Source: an uncultured bacterium
Lineage (GTDB): Bacteria; Margulisbacteria; WOR-1; CAVSGV01
Reading direction: 5' to 3'
DNA length: 64,000 nucleotides
Assembly: GCA_963768305.1 (NCBI GenBank)
Contig: CAVYHE010000008.1
Span: 96,001 to 160,000 of the forward strand
The position numbers and the translations under genes are program-made. This document shows positions 25,376-38,808 of the stretch, piece by piece (positions within the stretch are counted from its first letter, which is position 1; the number at the start of each line of letters is the position of its first letter). The notes below the pieces were generated by a model that worked only from the letters and a program-made list of their open reading frames with translations, made no database searches and had not been told where the DNA came from.

Positions 25376-25403
25376 ATATCGTCAAAATTCAATGAATATT
25401 TCA
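25376..25403 (-). promoter_or_regulatory. Sigma-28-like promoter motif, copy 2
   Basis: Minus strand TGAAA-N15-GACGATAT upstream of ORF 25323. Confidence 0.7.
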
Positions 25404-25425
25404 TCAATATGATATAATTTACTTA

Positions 25426-26190
25426 ATGTCCACGATATTCGCTACAGTTAACCAAAAAGGCGGCGTTGGGAAAACCACCACAGCGGTCAACCTGGCTTCA
25501 TACCTTGCCACTTTCGGCAAAAAAATACTTCTGGTGGATTCCGATCCGCAGGGGAACGCTTCGTCGGGGCTCGGGATAGACAGGAACGAATCGGAACCCT
25601 GCATGTATGACGTGATCATCAACGGAACGGACATCAAGACGATAATAAAACCGTCAGCTATCTCGGGCCTTGACGTAGCGCCTGCCACAGCCAATCTCGC
25701 GGGAGCCGAAGTGGAACTGACCGAGATAGAATTCAGGGAGTCAAAATTAAAGAACGCCCTGATGCCGGTGAGGGACAGCTACGATTACATACTCATTGAT
25801 TGCCCCCCTTCCCTTTCTCTTATAACGGTCAACGCTTTGACCGCCGCCGACCAGGTGATAATCCCCATCCAGTGCGAATACTTCGCGCTGGAAGGCCTGA
25901 GCCAGCTGATAAAAACGATAGACATGATAAGGAAAAGCATCAATCCCGACTTGCGAATATGCGGCATTTTGCTTACAATGTTCGACTCAAGGACGCTTTT
26001 GTCGGAGCAGGTGGCCGAAGAGACCAGGCAGCATTTCGGCGGAAAAGTGTTCAAGACGGTGATACCGAGGAATATCCGGCTTGCAGAAGCGCCGTCCTTC
26101 GGGCAGCCGATAGTTTTTTACGATCCATCATCGAGCGGTGCCGTCGCTTACGAGAACCTGTCCAGGGAAATATTGGACGGACAGTTATAA
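25426..26190 (+). CDS. parA: Chromosome partitioning ATPase ParA/Soj
   Basis: NQKGGVGKTT, DPQGN, DCPPSL, QCEYFALEG and PRNIRLAEAPS. Confidence 0.96.
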   Translation: MSTIFATVNQKGGVGKTTTAVNLASYLATFGKKILLVDSDPQGNASSGLGIDRNESEPCMYDVIINGTDIKTIIKPSAISGLDVAPATANLAGAEVELTEIEFRESKLKNALMPVRDSYDYILIDCPPSLSLITVNALTAADQVIIPIQCEYFALEGLSQLIKTIDMIRKSINPDLRICGILLTMFDSRTLLSEQVAEETRQHFGGKVFKTVIPRNIRLAEAPSFGQPIVFYDPSSSGAVAYENLSREILDGQL

Positions 26191-26224
26191 AAGTCAAAAG
26201 GCAAAAGGAAAAAGGTAAAAATAT

Positions 26225-27079
26225 ATGCTGAAGAGAGGTTTGGGAAAAGGGTTATCCGCACTGATACCGGACAGCAGCATCCTGACGGGCGGAAGAACGA
26301 TACTTAATATTGATATCAACAGGATCGTGCCCAACCCCCGCCAGCCAAGGGCGGATTTTCCTCCTGAAGCTCTTACTGAACTCGCGGATTCCATAAAATC
26401 ACAGGGAATAATAGAGCCGATACTCGCGCGCCCTAAAAATGGAAAATATGAGATAGTTGCAGGGGAGAGGCGCTTCAGAGCCGCAAAAAAAGCCGGACTA
26501 AACCTTATACCGGCAATAGTCAAGGAATTCACCGACGAAGAATCCCTGGAACTTGCGCTTGTCGAGAATCTGCAGAGGGAAGACCTGAATCCAATGGAAG
26601 AAGCGGAAGCTTACGCGAAACTCACCGGTGAATTCAAGATGACCCAGGCTGATATTGCGAAAAAAGTGGGCAAGGACAGGTCCACCGTTTCGAACATGAT
26701 CAGGCTGATGGAACTGCCCAGGGAGATCCAGGCTAGCATAAGGAGAAAGCAGATAAGCGTGGGGCACGCAAGGCCGATACTGGCGCTTTCAACGGATTCG
26801 GAAAGGCTTTCGCTCTGGCGGGAAATATTAAAGAATAATTTTACCGTAAGGGATATCGAACAGCTGGTGCGCGGCGGCCCGGGAACATCCAAAAAATTCA
26901 CAAAAAGAAAGCTGACAAAGAACGAGGAGCTGGTGGACTTAACCGAGCTTCTCACCACCCATCTGGGAACAAAGGTAAGGATCCACGGGTCCACAAAAAA
27001 AGGCAAGATCGAGATAGATTATTTTTCGCAGGAGGACCTGGAGAGGATCATAGAAGCTCTTACTGGGAACATCACTTAA
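26225..27079 (+). CDS. parB: Chromosome partitioning protein ParB/Spo0J
   Basis: RGLGKGLSALI, PNPRQPR, AGERRFRA, ENLQREDL and an HTH. Confidence 0.96.
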   Translation: MLKRGLGKGLSALIPDSSILTGGRTILNIDINRIVPNPRQPRADFPPEALTELADSIKSQGIIEPILARPKNGKYEIVAGERRFRAAKKAGLNLIPAIVKEFTDEESLELALVENLQREDLNPMEEAEAYAKLTGEFKMTQADIAKKVGKDRSTVSNMIRLMELPREIQASIRRKQISVGHARPILALSTDSERLSLWREILKNNFTVRDIEQLVRGGPGTSKKFTKRKLTKNEELVDLTELLTTHLGTKVRIHGSTKKGKIEIDYFSQEDLERIIEALTGNIT

Positions 27080-27093
27080 ATCTGTCCTTCTTC

Positions 27094-29523
27094 TTACTCG
27101 CCGCCAATCTTTATCAACTTTTTCGTTTCCAGTAACAGGTTCAACGCAACTGCAAATACAGCCGCAGAAATAAAATAATTTATCCCGATCGCGCTTAAAT
27201 TGAATCTTTCACTCAAGAAAGGCAGGTAAACGCTCAGAATGAGGAATGATATCGCGGTAACGGCCCAGAGATTTATTATCGGGTTCATGAATATCCCTTG
27301 CTTTAATAAAGGCTCCCTGTCAGAACGCGATACGAACGCCAGCGCGATATGCCCGAATATCCAGGCAGTGAAAGCCAGGCTTTGCAGCTGCCTTAGAGGA
27401 AGTCCCAGATGCCTGCCGTAAAAATAAACGCCCGTTACAGCAAGGAACAGAACGGCTCCCTTCAGGAAAATGTCGGCGAGGGCAGGCGCATTCAATATGC
27501 GCTTTTTCCTGGAATAAGGCGCGCGGGTATAAATATTCTTCTCTTCGGGCTCGCTCACAAATCCCGCAGAAGCCGCCAGGTCCATGAAAAGCTCAAGGAC
27601 TATTATCTGGATCGGCGCAAGAGGCATGGGCAAGCCTGCCAGGACCGGCAGAAGAAAAATGAATATCAAAGCGGATTTGACGGACAGATAATATTTTATC
27701 CCTTTCTTGAGGTTATCGTAAAATTTCCTGCCTTCGAATATTCCCCGGGTTATCGTGATGTAATTATCATCGGCCAGAACGACTTCCGCCGCTTCTTTTG
27801 CCACGTCCGTCCCGCGTATTCCCATCGCGATCCCGATATCGGCGGCTTTAAGCGCAAGCGCGTCATTCACTCCGTCTCCCGTCACCGCCACCGTTTCCCC
27901 GTTCTCCTGCAATGCTTTTACAATGCGGTATTTATGCTCGGGCGTCGTTCTAGCAAAAACGAACGCCTCTTTAACAAGTTTGCGCAGATCGATATCTGAA
28001 ACCTTATCAAGCTCCTCGCCGGTAACTACTCTCCCCTTGCTCGGCATTATCCCGACTTCTTTTGCAATATATTCTGCAGTTTCAGGGTGATCGCCCGTCA
28101 CCATGATAGTTCTAACTCCCGCTGATTTCGCGCCCGCGATAGTCTCCGTTACACCCGCTCTCGGGCCATCCTCAAAGCTGATAAGTCCGCATAGGTCCAT
28201 TTCACGCTCCAGTTTTTCCCATTCGGCGTGAACATCACTTTCTGAAATTTCTTTTTTGCATACCGCTATCAGTCTTCGCCCGAAAGAAGCCTGTTTATTT
28301 ATTTCCGCCAGAACTGCGCTTTTATCGATATTCTTGCAGCGGCCGATCAACCTTTCAGGCGCGCCTTTCATATAAAGCTCGAATTTCCCGTTCTGCTTTC
28401 TTATCACGGAATTAGTTTTTGATTCATTCGTAAAATTGTGCTGTCTCACTATCTCGGAATTTGACGCCTCCGAACCGCCTTTTTCCATCAGCGCCTCATC
28501 AAGCGGGTTGGTCGAAAGCGGCGTTGCCGCCAAGGCGGCGTATTCAATAATGTCTTTGCTCTTATCCGCAGGATAAGTTTCTTTTATCCGCATCTTCCCC
28601 TCTGTAATAGTTCCGGTTTTATCCGTAACTATGACAGTAGCATTGCCCAGTGTTTCAGCAGCCTTTATTCTTTTGACCAGAAAATTATTCTGCGATAATT
28701 TGTAAGCCCCGAGGCCAAGGACCATTGTTATTACTATCGGGAGTTCTTCAGGTATCGTTGCAAACGAAAGCGATAAACCAGTCAGGACCATGGTCTTGAA
28801 ATCCTGGCCTCTTAACAAACCGATAACAGGTATCAGAATAGAAAAGAATCCTGCAACGTAAACGAGCTTTCCTGCCAGAGACCTCATTTCAAGTTGGAGC
28901 GGCGTACGCGGCGGCCTGGCTTGTTTCATGGTTGCCGCTATCTTGCCAAGCCTTGTCTCGTGTCCCGTCACAAATACTTTTGCCGTGCCCTCTCCTGATG
29001 TGACAACGGTTCCCGCGTAAATCTCGTTACCGTCCAATTTTTCTTTTGGGAACGATTCACCGGTAAGCGAGGATTCATCTATCTGGATATCTATGCCTTT
29101 TGAAATTTTCGCATCGGCGGAAATCCTTGTGCCAGGTGAAAGGACAAGCACGTCGCCGGGAACGATATTTTCCGAATCCACAAGGGCGATCGATCCGTCG
29201 CGCAGTACTTTTGTTTTTGGCGCGGCTATCTTTTCCAGCGATGATATGGCTTTTTTGGCCCTGTACTCAGTGTTGACCTCGGCAAGAACAAGAAGAAATA
29301 TGACGATAAAGATCGTCACCGCGTCATCCAGTTTTCCCCAGATGCTGTAAACAATACCCACAAAAATAAGCAGAAGTATCATCGGCTCGGTCACTTCATG
29401 CTTTGCGATATCAAGAAAATTGGCTTCTTGCGGCTTAAAAATCTCGTTAAGGCCGGATTCTTTCAGCTTTAATGCGGCTTCGCTGTTAGACAGACCCATT
29501 TCAAATGATTTTTTCATGAGCAC
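27094..29523 (-). CDS. Cation-transporting P-type ATPase (PEEL variant)
   Basis: TGES, IPEELP, DKTGT, KGAPE, TGD and GDGVND. Confidence 0.92.
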   Translation of the reverse strand: MLMKKSFEMGLSNSEAALKLKESGLNEIFKPQEANFLDIAKHEVTEPMILLLIFVGIVYSIWGKLDDAVTIFIVIFLLVLAEVNTEYRAKKAISSLEKIAAPKTKVLRDGSIALVDSENIVPGDVLVLSPGTRISADAKISKGIDIQIDESSLTGESFPKEKLDGNEIYAGTVVTSGEGTAKVFVTGHETRLGKIAATMKQARPPRTPLQLEMRSLAGKLVYVAGFFSILIPVIGLLRGQDFKTMVLTGLSLSFATIPEELPIVITMVLGLGAYKLSQNNFLVKRIKAAETLGNATVIVTDKTGTITEGKMRIKETYPADKSKDIIEYAALAATPLSTNPLDEALMEKGGSEASNSEIVRQHNFTNESKTNSVIRKQNGKFELYMKGAPERLIGRCKNIDKSAVLAEINKQASFGRRLIAVCKKEISESDVHAEWEKLEREMDLCGLISFEDGPRAGVTETIAGAKSAGVRTIMVTGDHPETAEYIAKEVGIMPSKGRVVTGEELDKVSDIDLRKLVKEAFVFARTTPEHKYRIVKALQENGETVAVTGDGVNDALALKAADIGIAMGIRGTDVAKEAAEVVLADDNYITITRGIFEGRKFYDNLKKGIKYYLSVKSALIFIFLLPVLAGLPMPLAPIQIIVLELFMDLAASAGFVSEPEEKNIYTRAPYSRKKRILNAPALADIFLKGAVLFLAVTGVYFYGRHLGLPLRQLQSLAFTAWIFGHIALAFVSRSDREPLLKQGIFMNPIINLWAVTAISFLILSVYLPFLSERFNLSAIGINYFISAAVFAVALNLLLETKKLIKIGGE

Positions 29524-29538
29524 TCCCTCCGTTTGAGT

Positions 29539-32092
<2,554 letters not shown>

Positions 32093-32129
32093 TTACATCC
32101 TCCGGTCTCGAGTGTATTATAAAAGCGTT

Positions 32130-32634
32130 ATGAAGAAATTACTAGCAACAACTGTGTTCGCGGTATTGATGTGCGCAGGCTCGTTCGCGGGATCGCTGGA
32201 CATCGGCACGCACGCGTCATTTTATACTCCTCTTGAAGGCGGCGGCAATACGCTGATGGCCGGAATTGACGCCACATACACATTGAATTCGTATTTCAGC
32301 GCAAGAGGCGACGTGGACGCCTCCAATTATCAAACGAACGACCATAAGTATTCCCTGAATTCCCTGACGATCACATTGATGGGCCATGCTTCTGGGAAGT
32401 TACGATGATAGATCCTTATCTTGGCGCGGGCGTCGGGATTATATGACAAGAAAATAGATAATGCGACCGATCGATTCCACCGGATTGAACGGCCTTGCAG
32501 GCATCGCCTTCCATTTTCCGACATTCAACATAGGAACTGAGATAACATATGTCCTCCCCGACACTAGATACCCTGAAACCGGATTTTACGCCGCGGGCGC
32601 TAATTTTACAGGAGGCATGCATATAGGCCTGTAG
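32130..32634 (+). CDS. Small outer-membrane beta-barrel protein, frameshifted
   Basis: Signal peptide MKKLLATTVFAVLMCAGSFA; amphipathic strands; PYLGAGVG; ends GGMHIGL*. Confidence 0.55.
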
Positions 32635-32644
32635 GACCGGGGAG

Positions 32645-33505
32645 TTATTTTCTGTTGGGTTCGATGTGGATTATTACTTCTTTTACGCCCGGGATTTCCT
32701 TTTTGATCTTTTCTTCTATCTCATGTGCCAGTTGATGCGATTTATCAATGTGCATCGACGGCTTGACCCAGATGTGAAGGTCCACGCAAATATTATCCTG
32801 CCTGCCTCTTGTCCTGATATGATGGCAATTCATCACATCCTCAAAATTTGAAACGATGAATCTGATGGATTCGGGCGAAATGACGGCGGCGTCCGAAAGC
32901 GTCCTGGACGTGTTCCAGATTATTTCAAAAGCCGAAAATCCGATGAATACCGCTATGATCCCGCAACAATAGTATCCAGGATCGGAAGCCCAAGCCTGAC
33001 CGCTAGAAGAGTTATGATAACGGAACATGAAACAAATATGTCGCTTCTGGTATGAAATGAATCCGCTACCAGAAAATCGCTTTTCAGCCTTTTGCCTTCG
33101 CGGTTCTCATATAGTCATAACGAAAATATTAACGGCTAAAGTAACTGAACATCACCAGAAAACTGCCGTAATTCACTTCCACTGCGACCGGCCTGCCGAA
33201 CCTCATTATCGCCCCTTTGGCGACATCAAAAGCCACAAAGAACAGAAGAGCTCCGCAGCCTAATGCCGTCAGAGTTTCGTATTTTTCATGGCCGTAGGGA
33301 TGCGATCTTGTCTACCGGTTTTGCGGCGATATAAAATCCGACCAGCCCGACAATGTTGCTCTGTTCCGTCAGCAAAAGAATGGAACCCGTCGGCTGTCAT
33401 ACTGGCGCTTCTTGTCAGGATGCCGTAAACCACCTTTGCGCAGGCCACCAGCAAATTAAGGATCAATGTGTAAATCAGTACTTTTCTTGCCTGTTTATAT
33501 TCCAT
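32645..33505 (-). CDS. Cation diffusion facilitator (CDF) transporter, frameshifted
   Basis: ADGFHSFAD, HHIRTRG, VDLHI and IIHIEP. Confidence 0.85.
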
Positions 33506-33722
33506 TTTGCGCCTTTTTCATGTTAGCCACAGCTTCTTCGAACGAAAACCCCTCTTTTGCGGCCTTGATAAGCTCAAGATAGATCTTTTTATCGTTATAG
33601 CCCTTATCGCGGAATTCTTTCTCAAGTTCAGCTATAAAATACACTTTCTCTTCCCCCGAGAGCCCGTTAAAGGCGTCAAAGAATGCTCGTATTTTTTCCT
33701 CGATTTTTGGCGTGTTTATCAT
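33495..33722 (-). CDS. Small hypothetical protein
   Basis: Helical 75-aa ORF overlapping the CDF start. Confidence 0.5.
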   Translation of the reverse strand: MINTPKIEEKIRAFFDAFNGLSGEEKVYFIAELEKEFRDKGYNDKKIYLELIKAAKEGFSFEEAVANMKKAQNGI

Positions 33723-33825
33723 AAAAAGTTTATATAGTTAAACTGTATTTTAACATATAACGGTAAAAGACAACACTTGTTTTTGCTTCTCCGAAAGCGT
33801 GATACGTGCTATAATAGCAAAACTT

Positions 33826-35178
33826 ATGGCTAAGATATTTCCCTTCAACGGGCTCATATATAATAAGGAAAAGGTCGGGAAATTCTCAAAAGTGCTCATT
33901 CCTCCTTATGACGTCATATCAAAAGAAGATCAGGAAAAATATTACAAGTCCCACCCGTATAACTGCATAAGGCTGACGCTCGGAAAAGAATTCCCGGAGG
34001 ACACCGAATATAATAATAAGTACTCCCGCGCCAGCAGCTTTTTCAATGCGTGGATTAAGAACGATATCCTGAAAAAGGATGATGAAGAATCTGTCTATGC
34101 TTACGAGCAAAGGTTCTCTTATAAAGGGAAAAAATACGTCCGTCTGGGATTTATAAGCCTTTTCAAGCTGGAAGACATGGATACCGGAAAGATCTTCCCG
34201 CATGAGAACACTCTTCCAAAGCCGAAGGCGGACAGGCTGTCATTGATGGAAGCGACCGCGGCCAACTTTGAACCCATTTTCGCATTGTACGTTGATGAAG
34301 ATGAAAAGATCCCCGGATTGATAAAAAAGAAGATAAAAAGAAAGCCGCTCGTTGAAGCAAGGGACATGTTCGGCATCCATAACAAGCTCTGGAAGATATC
34401 CGCAAAGGCCGTTATCAATAAAATAATGAAGGAAATGGCTGCCAAACAGGTCTTTATCGCCGACGGACACCACAGGTATGAATCTTCCCTCAAATACAGG
34501 AATGAAATGAGGACAAAATCGCAAAAATCCATCGGGGACGAGCCTTACAATTTTATAATGACCTATTTTACGAACACCTTTGACAAAGGGCTGATAATTA
34601 TGCCGATACACAGGCTCATTTTGAACCTGAACCTGAAACAAAAGATAAATCTGGAGAACCGGCTTCTGGACTGTTTCGAAATAAAGGATATAAAATTCTC
34701 CAAAAAGACCGAAGCTGCCGCGAGGAAAAAACTCCTGAAAGCCATGTCAAAGGCCGGCGAAGACGATCATTTTTTCGGGATGTACGTTCACGGCGAGAAC
34801 AAATATTCTCTTTTGAAGCTGAAATATGAAAAGCTGGTAGATAAATACACCGGCGCCGACAAGCTGAAGGAATGGAAAAAACTGGACATAACCATCCTCC
34901 ATTCGCTCATCATAAAAGATATTTTATGCATAACCGAACAGGACATAGAGGGGGAGAACGCGGTCAAATACGTTCATAATGATGATCAGGCGTTCGATCT
35001 GGTAAAGGAAGGGAAATATCAGATAGCTTTTTTCCTGAACCCCACAAAGATAGAACAGGTCACCGCACTGGCTTCCAAATACGAAAAAATGCCGCAGAAG
35101 TCCACGTTCTTCTATCCGAAGCTGCTGACCGGGCTGGTAATGTACAAGATGATGCCGCCGGAAAAGTATTCGTTCTAA
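33826..35178 (+). CDS. DUF1015 family protein
   Basis: PPYDVIS, PHENT, FIADGHHRYE, PIHR and MPQKSTFFYPK. Confidence 0.9.
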   Translation: MAKIFPFNGLIYNKEKVGKFSKVLIPPYDVISKEDQEKYYKSHPYNCIRLTLGKEFPEDTEYNNKYSRASSFFNAWIKNDILKKDDEESVYAYEQRFSYKGKKYVRLGFISLFKLEDMDTGKIFPHENTLPKPKADRLSLMEATAANFEPIFALYVDEDEKIPGLIKKKIKRKPLVEARDMFGIHNKLWKISAKAVINKIMKEMAAKQVFIADGHHRYESSLKYRNEMRTKSQKSIGDEPYNFIMTYFTNTFDKGLIIMPIHRLILNLNLKQKINLENRLLDCFEIKDIKFSKKTEAAARKKLLKAMSKAGEDDHFFGMYVHGENKYSLLKLKYEKLVDKYTGADKLKEWKKLDITILHSLIIKDILCITEQDIEGENAVKYVHNDDQAFDLVKEGKYQIAFFLNPTKIEQVTALASKYEKMPQKSTFFYPKLLTGLVMYKMMPPEKYSF

Positions 35179-35195
35179 GGATCCGGAGAAAGAAG

Positions 35196-35783
35196 CTAGA
35201 ATTGCTTCCCTATATTAAGGTCCCATTCCGCGATTGTTCCGCCGTCCTTGATATTGTTGATGGCGAATTTCGGGGTTAAAAAATAGTCCCAGATCATGAA
35301 ATTCGGAGCGAACGCAATATAAGTGGCAGTTGCATGAGTATCATCATCGAAATATTGTTTTTTACCGTAACTATCCGTATAATTTATCGCATTTGTGATA
35401 TACAAAGACGCCTACTCCCAAGTGGAACGTAAAATAGAGGTCTTTGGAAAAGATATATCTTAGCACGAGGCCGTATTTTAAAATATTCAGATTCTGCTCA
35501 AGCTTGAAATTCGTGATCTGCTGCTCCACTTCTCCGCCCAAGCTGAAAATCCCCGTCGGGTAAAACATTTCTCCTCCTATGCTCACTCCAGTCCCCAGAG
35601 CCGCTCACAAGCCCCAGATGGAAAGACGAATCAAAAGGGAGATTGCCGCCCGAGAAAGTGGTGGCGGAAGCAAAGTTAAAAGGAAAAAATAAAAACGCAA
35701 AAATATATACGAAAATTAAAAATTTTGAATTTTGAATTGCAATTTTGCCTTTTGACTTTTACTTTTTGCCTTTGTTTTTTCAT
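35196..35783 (-). CDS. Outer-membrane beta-barrel protein, frameshifted
   Basis: ATG overlaps the purC stop; basic-then-hydrophobic N-terminus; amphipathic strands; C-terminal WDLNIGKQF. Confidence 0.55.
35670..35780. repeat. Imperfect inverted, roughly heptamer-periodic repeat
   Basis: A-rich arm facing AATTTTG AATTTTG AATTGC AATTTTG CCTTTTG ACTTTT... Confidence 0.55.
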
Positions 35784-36677
35784 GATTCGAACTTTTTGCC
35801 TGTCAGCTTCTCATAAGCTTCCAGATATTTTTCCCTGGTCTTGCTGACGACTTCATCGGGCAGCGGCGGCGCCGGCGGGTTCTTGTCCCATTTTATCGAG
35901 AGCAAATAATCCCTGACGAACTGTTTATCATAACTTTTTTGCGGCCCGCCTGCTTTGTAAATGTCCATCGGCCAGAATCGGGAGGAATCAGGCGTGAGCA
36001 TCTCATCGATCAATATGATCTTCCCGCCGATCTCGCCGAATTCGAATTTCGTGTCCGCGATGATTATGCCTTTTGATTCAGCGTGCTTGCACGCGGCCTT
36101 ATATACCTCCAGTGTCTTGGTCTTCAAAATATCAGCTGTTTTCTCGCCGACTATCTTTCTCATGTCGGATTCCGTGATGTTTATGTCGTGGCCCGACGCT
36201 TCTTTCGTGGACGGCGTGAATATCGGCTGCGGCAGCTTGGATGATTCCTTGAGCCCGGCAGGAAGTTTTATGCCTGAAACAGAACCTTTCTGCTGATATT
36301 CCGCCCAGGCGGAGCCGGAAAGATATCCCCGCACGACGCATTCTATCTCGATAAGTTTCGCTTTCCTGCCGATAACGGACCTTTTATCGAGCATTTCGGA
36401 ATATTTCTGAAGCTCTTTCGGATATTTTTTCACGTCGGCAGTGACAACGTGGTTATCGATGATGTTCTTCGTGTGATTGAACCAGAAAAGCGAGAGCATG
36501 TTCAATATTTTCCCTTTGTCGGGGATGGGGGTCGGGATAACGGAATCGAAAGCGGAGATGCGGTCGGTTGCAACTATCAGAAGTTTGTCGCCAAGGTCGA
36601 AAACATCGCGCACTTTCCCTTTTTTGAACAGAGGGATGCCGGGAAGTTTTACATTGAGTGACCGCTTCGGAATTCAT
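35780..36677 (-). CDS. purC: SAICAR synthetase, 5' frameshift
   Basis: ATDRISAFD, ECVVRGYLSGS, FTPSTK, ADTKFEFG, TPDSSRFW and DKQFVRD. Confidence 0.96.
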
Positions 36678-36742
36678 TTCAAAGAGATATTATAGGATTT
36701 TTAAATGCAATTCAAGTAATACGTAAATTAATGCCGCAAGAT

Positions 36743-37375
36743 CTATCCTTTCGCTTTTATCGCGAACAGAGTATCGTCAACCTTAAAAATACTTTTAAAG
36801 CGATTTGAACTATAAATATTATTTAAAATGACGATCCTTGGCCCCATAAAACCGATATCATGGATAGCTATTGTGCCGCCGATCGATAAAAATGGCTCCC
36901 ATAGGTCAAAATCTTTTTTAACATGTTCATATTCATGCCTTCCGTCTATCCACAGCATCCTTATTTTAGAGCTCCATTTTTCAGCGGCTTTAAATGAAGT
37001 CGTCGGCAAAAGCTTAACATTCTCATTTAAGCCCGCATTTTTTATATTCCTTGAAAATATTTTCCTGCTGCCCGCCGATCTGAACAGAAACCTCGGCCTA
37101 TCGGGAGTGCTGGTCCAGAAGTTCCTGTAAGGATCTATCGTGAACACTTTGCCGGCTCCGCGGTCCTTCACGCCCTGAGCCAGGCAAACGGTCGCCCTTC
37201 CTCGATAAGTACCTATTTCCACGATATCTCCCTTGCCCGCGCCGTATCTTGCGGCTAAATACAGAAAGCTCGCCTCTCTAGGCAAAAGAAAGCCGTCTAT
37301 ATTGGAAATGAGCCCGCTGATCTTCAGGGTTTCATGATCTGAGGGGATTATTTTATTGTTGAATATGCGCTTCAT
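36743..37375 (-). CDS. Class I SAM-dependent methyltransferase (Methyltransf_24-like)
   Basis: IVEIGTYRGRAT, TIDP, WIDGRHEYEHVKKDF and GGTIAIHD. Confidence 0.85.
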   Translation of the reverse strand: MKRIFNNKIIPSDHETLKISGLISNIDGFLLPREASFLYLAARYGAGKGDIVEIGTYRGRATVCLAQGVKDRGAGKVFTIDPYRNFWTSTPDRPRFLFRSAGSRKIFSRNIKNAGLNENVKLLPTTSFKAAEKWSSKIRMLWIDGRHEYEHVKKDFDLWEPFLSIGGTIAIHDIGFMGPRIVILNNIYSSNRFKSIFKVDDTLFAIKAKG

Positions 37376-37401
37376 TTTTGTATGATAACAAAACTGAACA
37401 T

Positions 37402-38793
37402 TTATTCAAAGAAGATATGTTTTTTTTCATCCAAATATTTCTCAATGGCTTTGACCGCCCCGGTTTTCTTCATATACAACACCGCGAAGAAATACGCCGC
37501 TTCTTTTATGAGGAATTGTTTCAATTCGCACAATAAAGGATCCGGTTTCAAGGATCCTCTTTGATAGGTTTCAAATAAACACTCTCCTCCGCAGAGCTTT
37601 TTCGCCCAGCATTTTCCGCATTTTTCCAGAAAACCGTTCTTCTCCCCGGCTTTTTCAAGATAACCTGGCTTGAATCCTTTATGTACGCTGCCCAAAGCGG
37701 TCTCCTTGGAACCGCCGAAAGAAGGACAAAGGAATATGGTTCCCTTATGGTCCACAAAGAATGACAGGTGTCCTGCCTCGCACCGCCTCATTTGTCCGGA
37801 ATGCTTGAAAACCCTGAGCAAATATCTGCCAAAAAGATCTCCAGGATTTAGGATGGCGAACAGATAGTCGTAATTATCCTTATAAATGATGGCTCCGAGA
37901 AGGATGTCCGTGAGATCGTGATATTCCTTTTTGACCTTTGCCAGCCTTGATCTTGTGATCTTATATCTCTTATCCATCCCGCGGTAAGGCTTCATTATTA
38001 CTTCCTTAAAACCTGAATGATACAGATATTCCAACCGTGGAACTAAAAAGGGACTATCGAATGTGTAAGTCACATTCACGTTATCAAGCAACTTAATGGC
38101 ATTTTCACGCCGTAAATTGGCCAGGCATTCACGCACGGCATAACTTGACCCTTTGCCCTGTTTATCATGCCTTATCCGGTCGTTGATGATCGGAGGGCCG
38201 TCATAACTCAATGAGAAGCGCAAAATTCGATGGCATTTTCTATATAGATCTTTTATTTTGCGTATGACTTTTCTGTTGAACAAAGTGCAGTTGGATGTGA
38301 ACCGCAGATAAATTCTCTTCCGCTTTTTATGGGTCAAGACATAGTTAGCAACCTGTTCTATCAGTTTGAAATTAAGCAGCGGCTCTCCTGTGCCGGTAAA
38401 GTCTATGTAAAGCTCTTTTACGTCGATAAATCGCTTTTTATAATGGTCAAAAAATAGATCGATGGCTTTTTTTGCGGTCTTGAACGACATCCTGCCGGGA
38501 TGCAAATGCGTTCTTGCGGCAAAACAATAGCTGCAGGCAAGGTTGCAGCCGCTATAATTCTCAAGATTTATCGTTGCCACAAGATTTTTAGGCCCGGCTT
38601 TCGCGTTTGCCGGCTCAATGAGGGGAGTTTTGTTCTTTAAAATATCGGCTTTAACCGCGGATAACGAATCCGGCCCTTGAGGAATGAAATAGAAAGCGAG
38701 GTTATCCTGGTCAAAAAGGAATTGAAGGCCGCGATGTTTTATTTGATCAAGCATAATAAAATAACATGGCCAACCTCTGATCCAGCTGGCCAT
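37402..38793 (-). CDS. Radical SAM protein with C-terminal SPASM domain (peptide/protein maturase-like)
   Basis: CNLACSYC, GTGEPLL, SYDG; SPASM cysteines CEAG...GTIFLC...CGKCWAKKLCGGEC...LC. Confidence 0.92.
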   Translation of the reverse strand: MASWIRGWPCYFIMLDQIKHRGLQFLFDQDNLAFYFIPQGPDSLSAVKADILKNKTPLIEPANAKAGPKNLVATINLENYSGCNLACSYCFAARTHLHPGRMSFKTAKKAIDLFFDHYKKRFIDVKELYIDFTGTGEPLLNFKLIEQVANYVLTHKKRKRIYLRFTSNCTLFNRKVIRKIKDLYRKCHRILRFSLSYDGPPIINDRIRHDKQGKGSSYAVRECLANLRRENAIKLLDNVNVTYTFDSPFLVPRLEYLYHSGFKEVIMKPYRGMDKRYKITRSRLAKVKKEYHDLTDILLGAIIYKDNYDYLFAILNPGDLFGRYLLRVFKHSGQMRRCEAGHLSFFVDHKGTIFLCPSFGGSKETALGSVHKGFKPGYLEKAGEKNGFLEKCGKCWAKKLCGGECLFETYQRGSLKPDPLLCELKQFLIKEAAYFFAVLYMKKTGAVKAIEKYLDEKKHIFFE

Positions 38794-38808
38794 GTTTTAA
38801 TAGATCTA

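Noticed and set aside
23914..27100. parS site or oriC near parAB
   Set aside because: I saw no TGTTTCACGTGAAACA-like palindrome or DnaA-box cluster by eye; a proper scan could still find degenerate sites.
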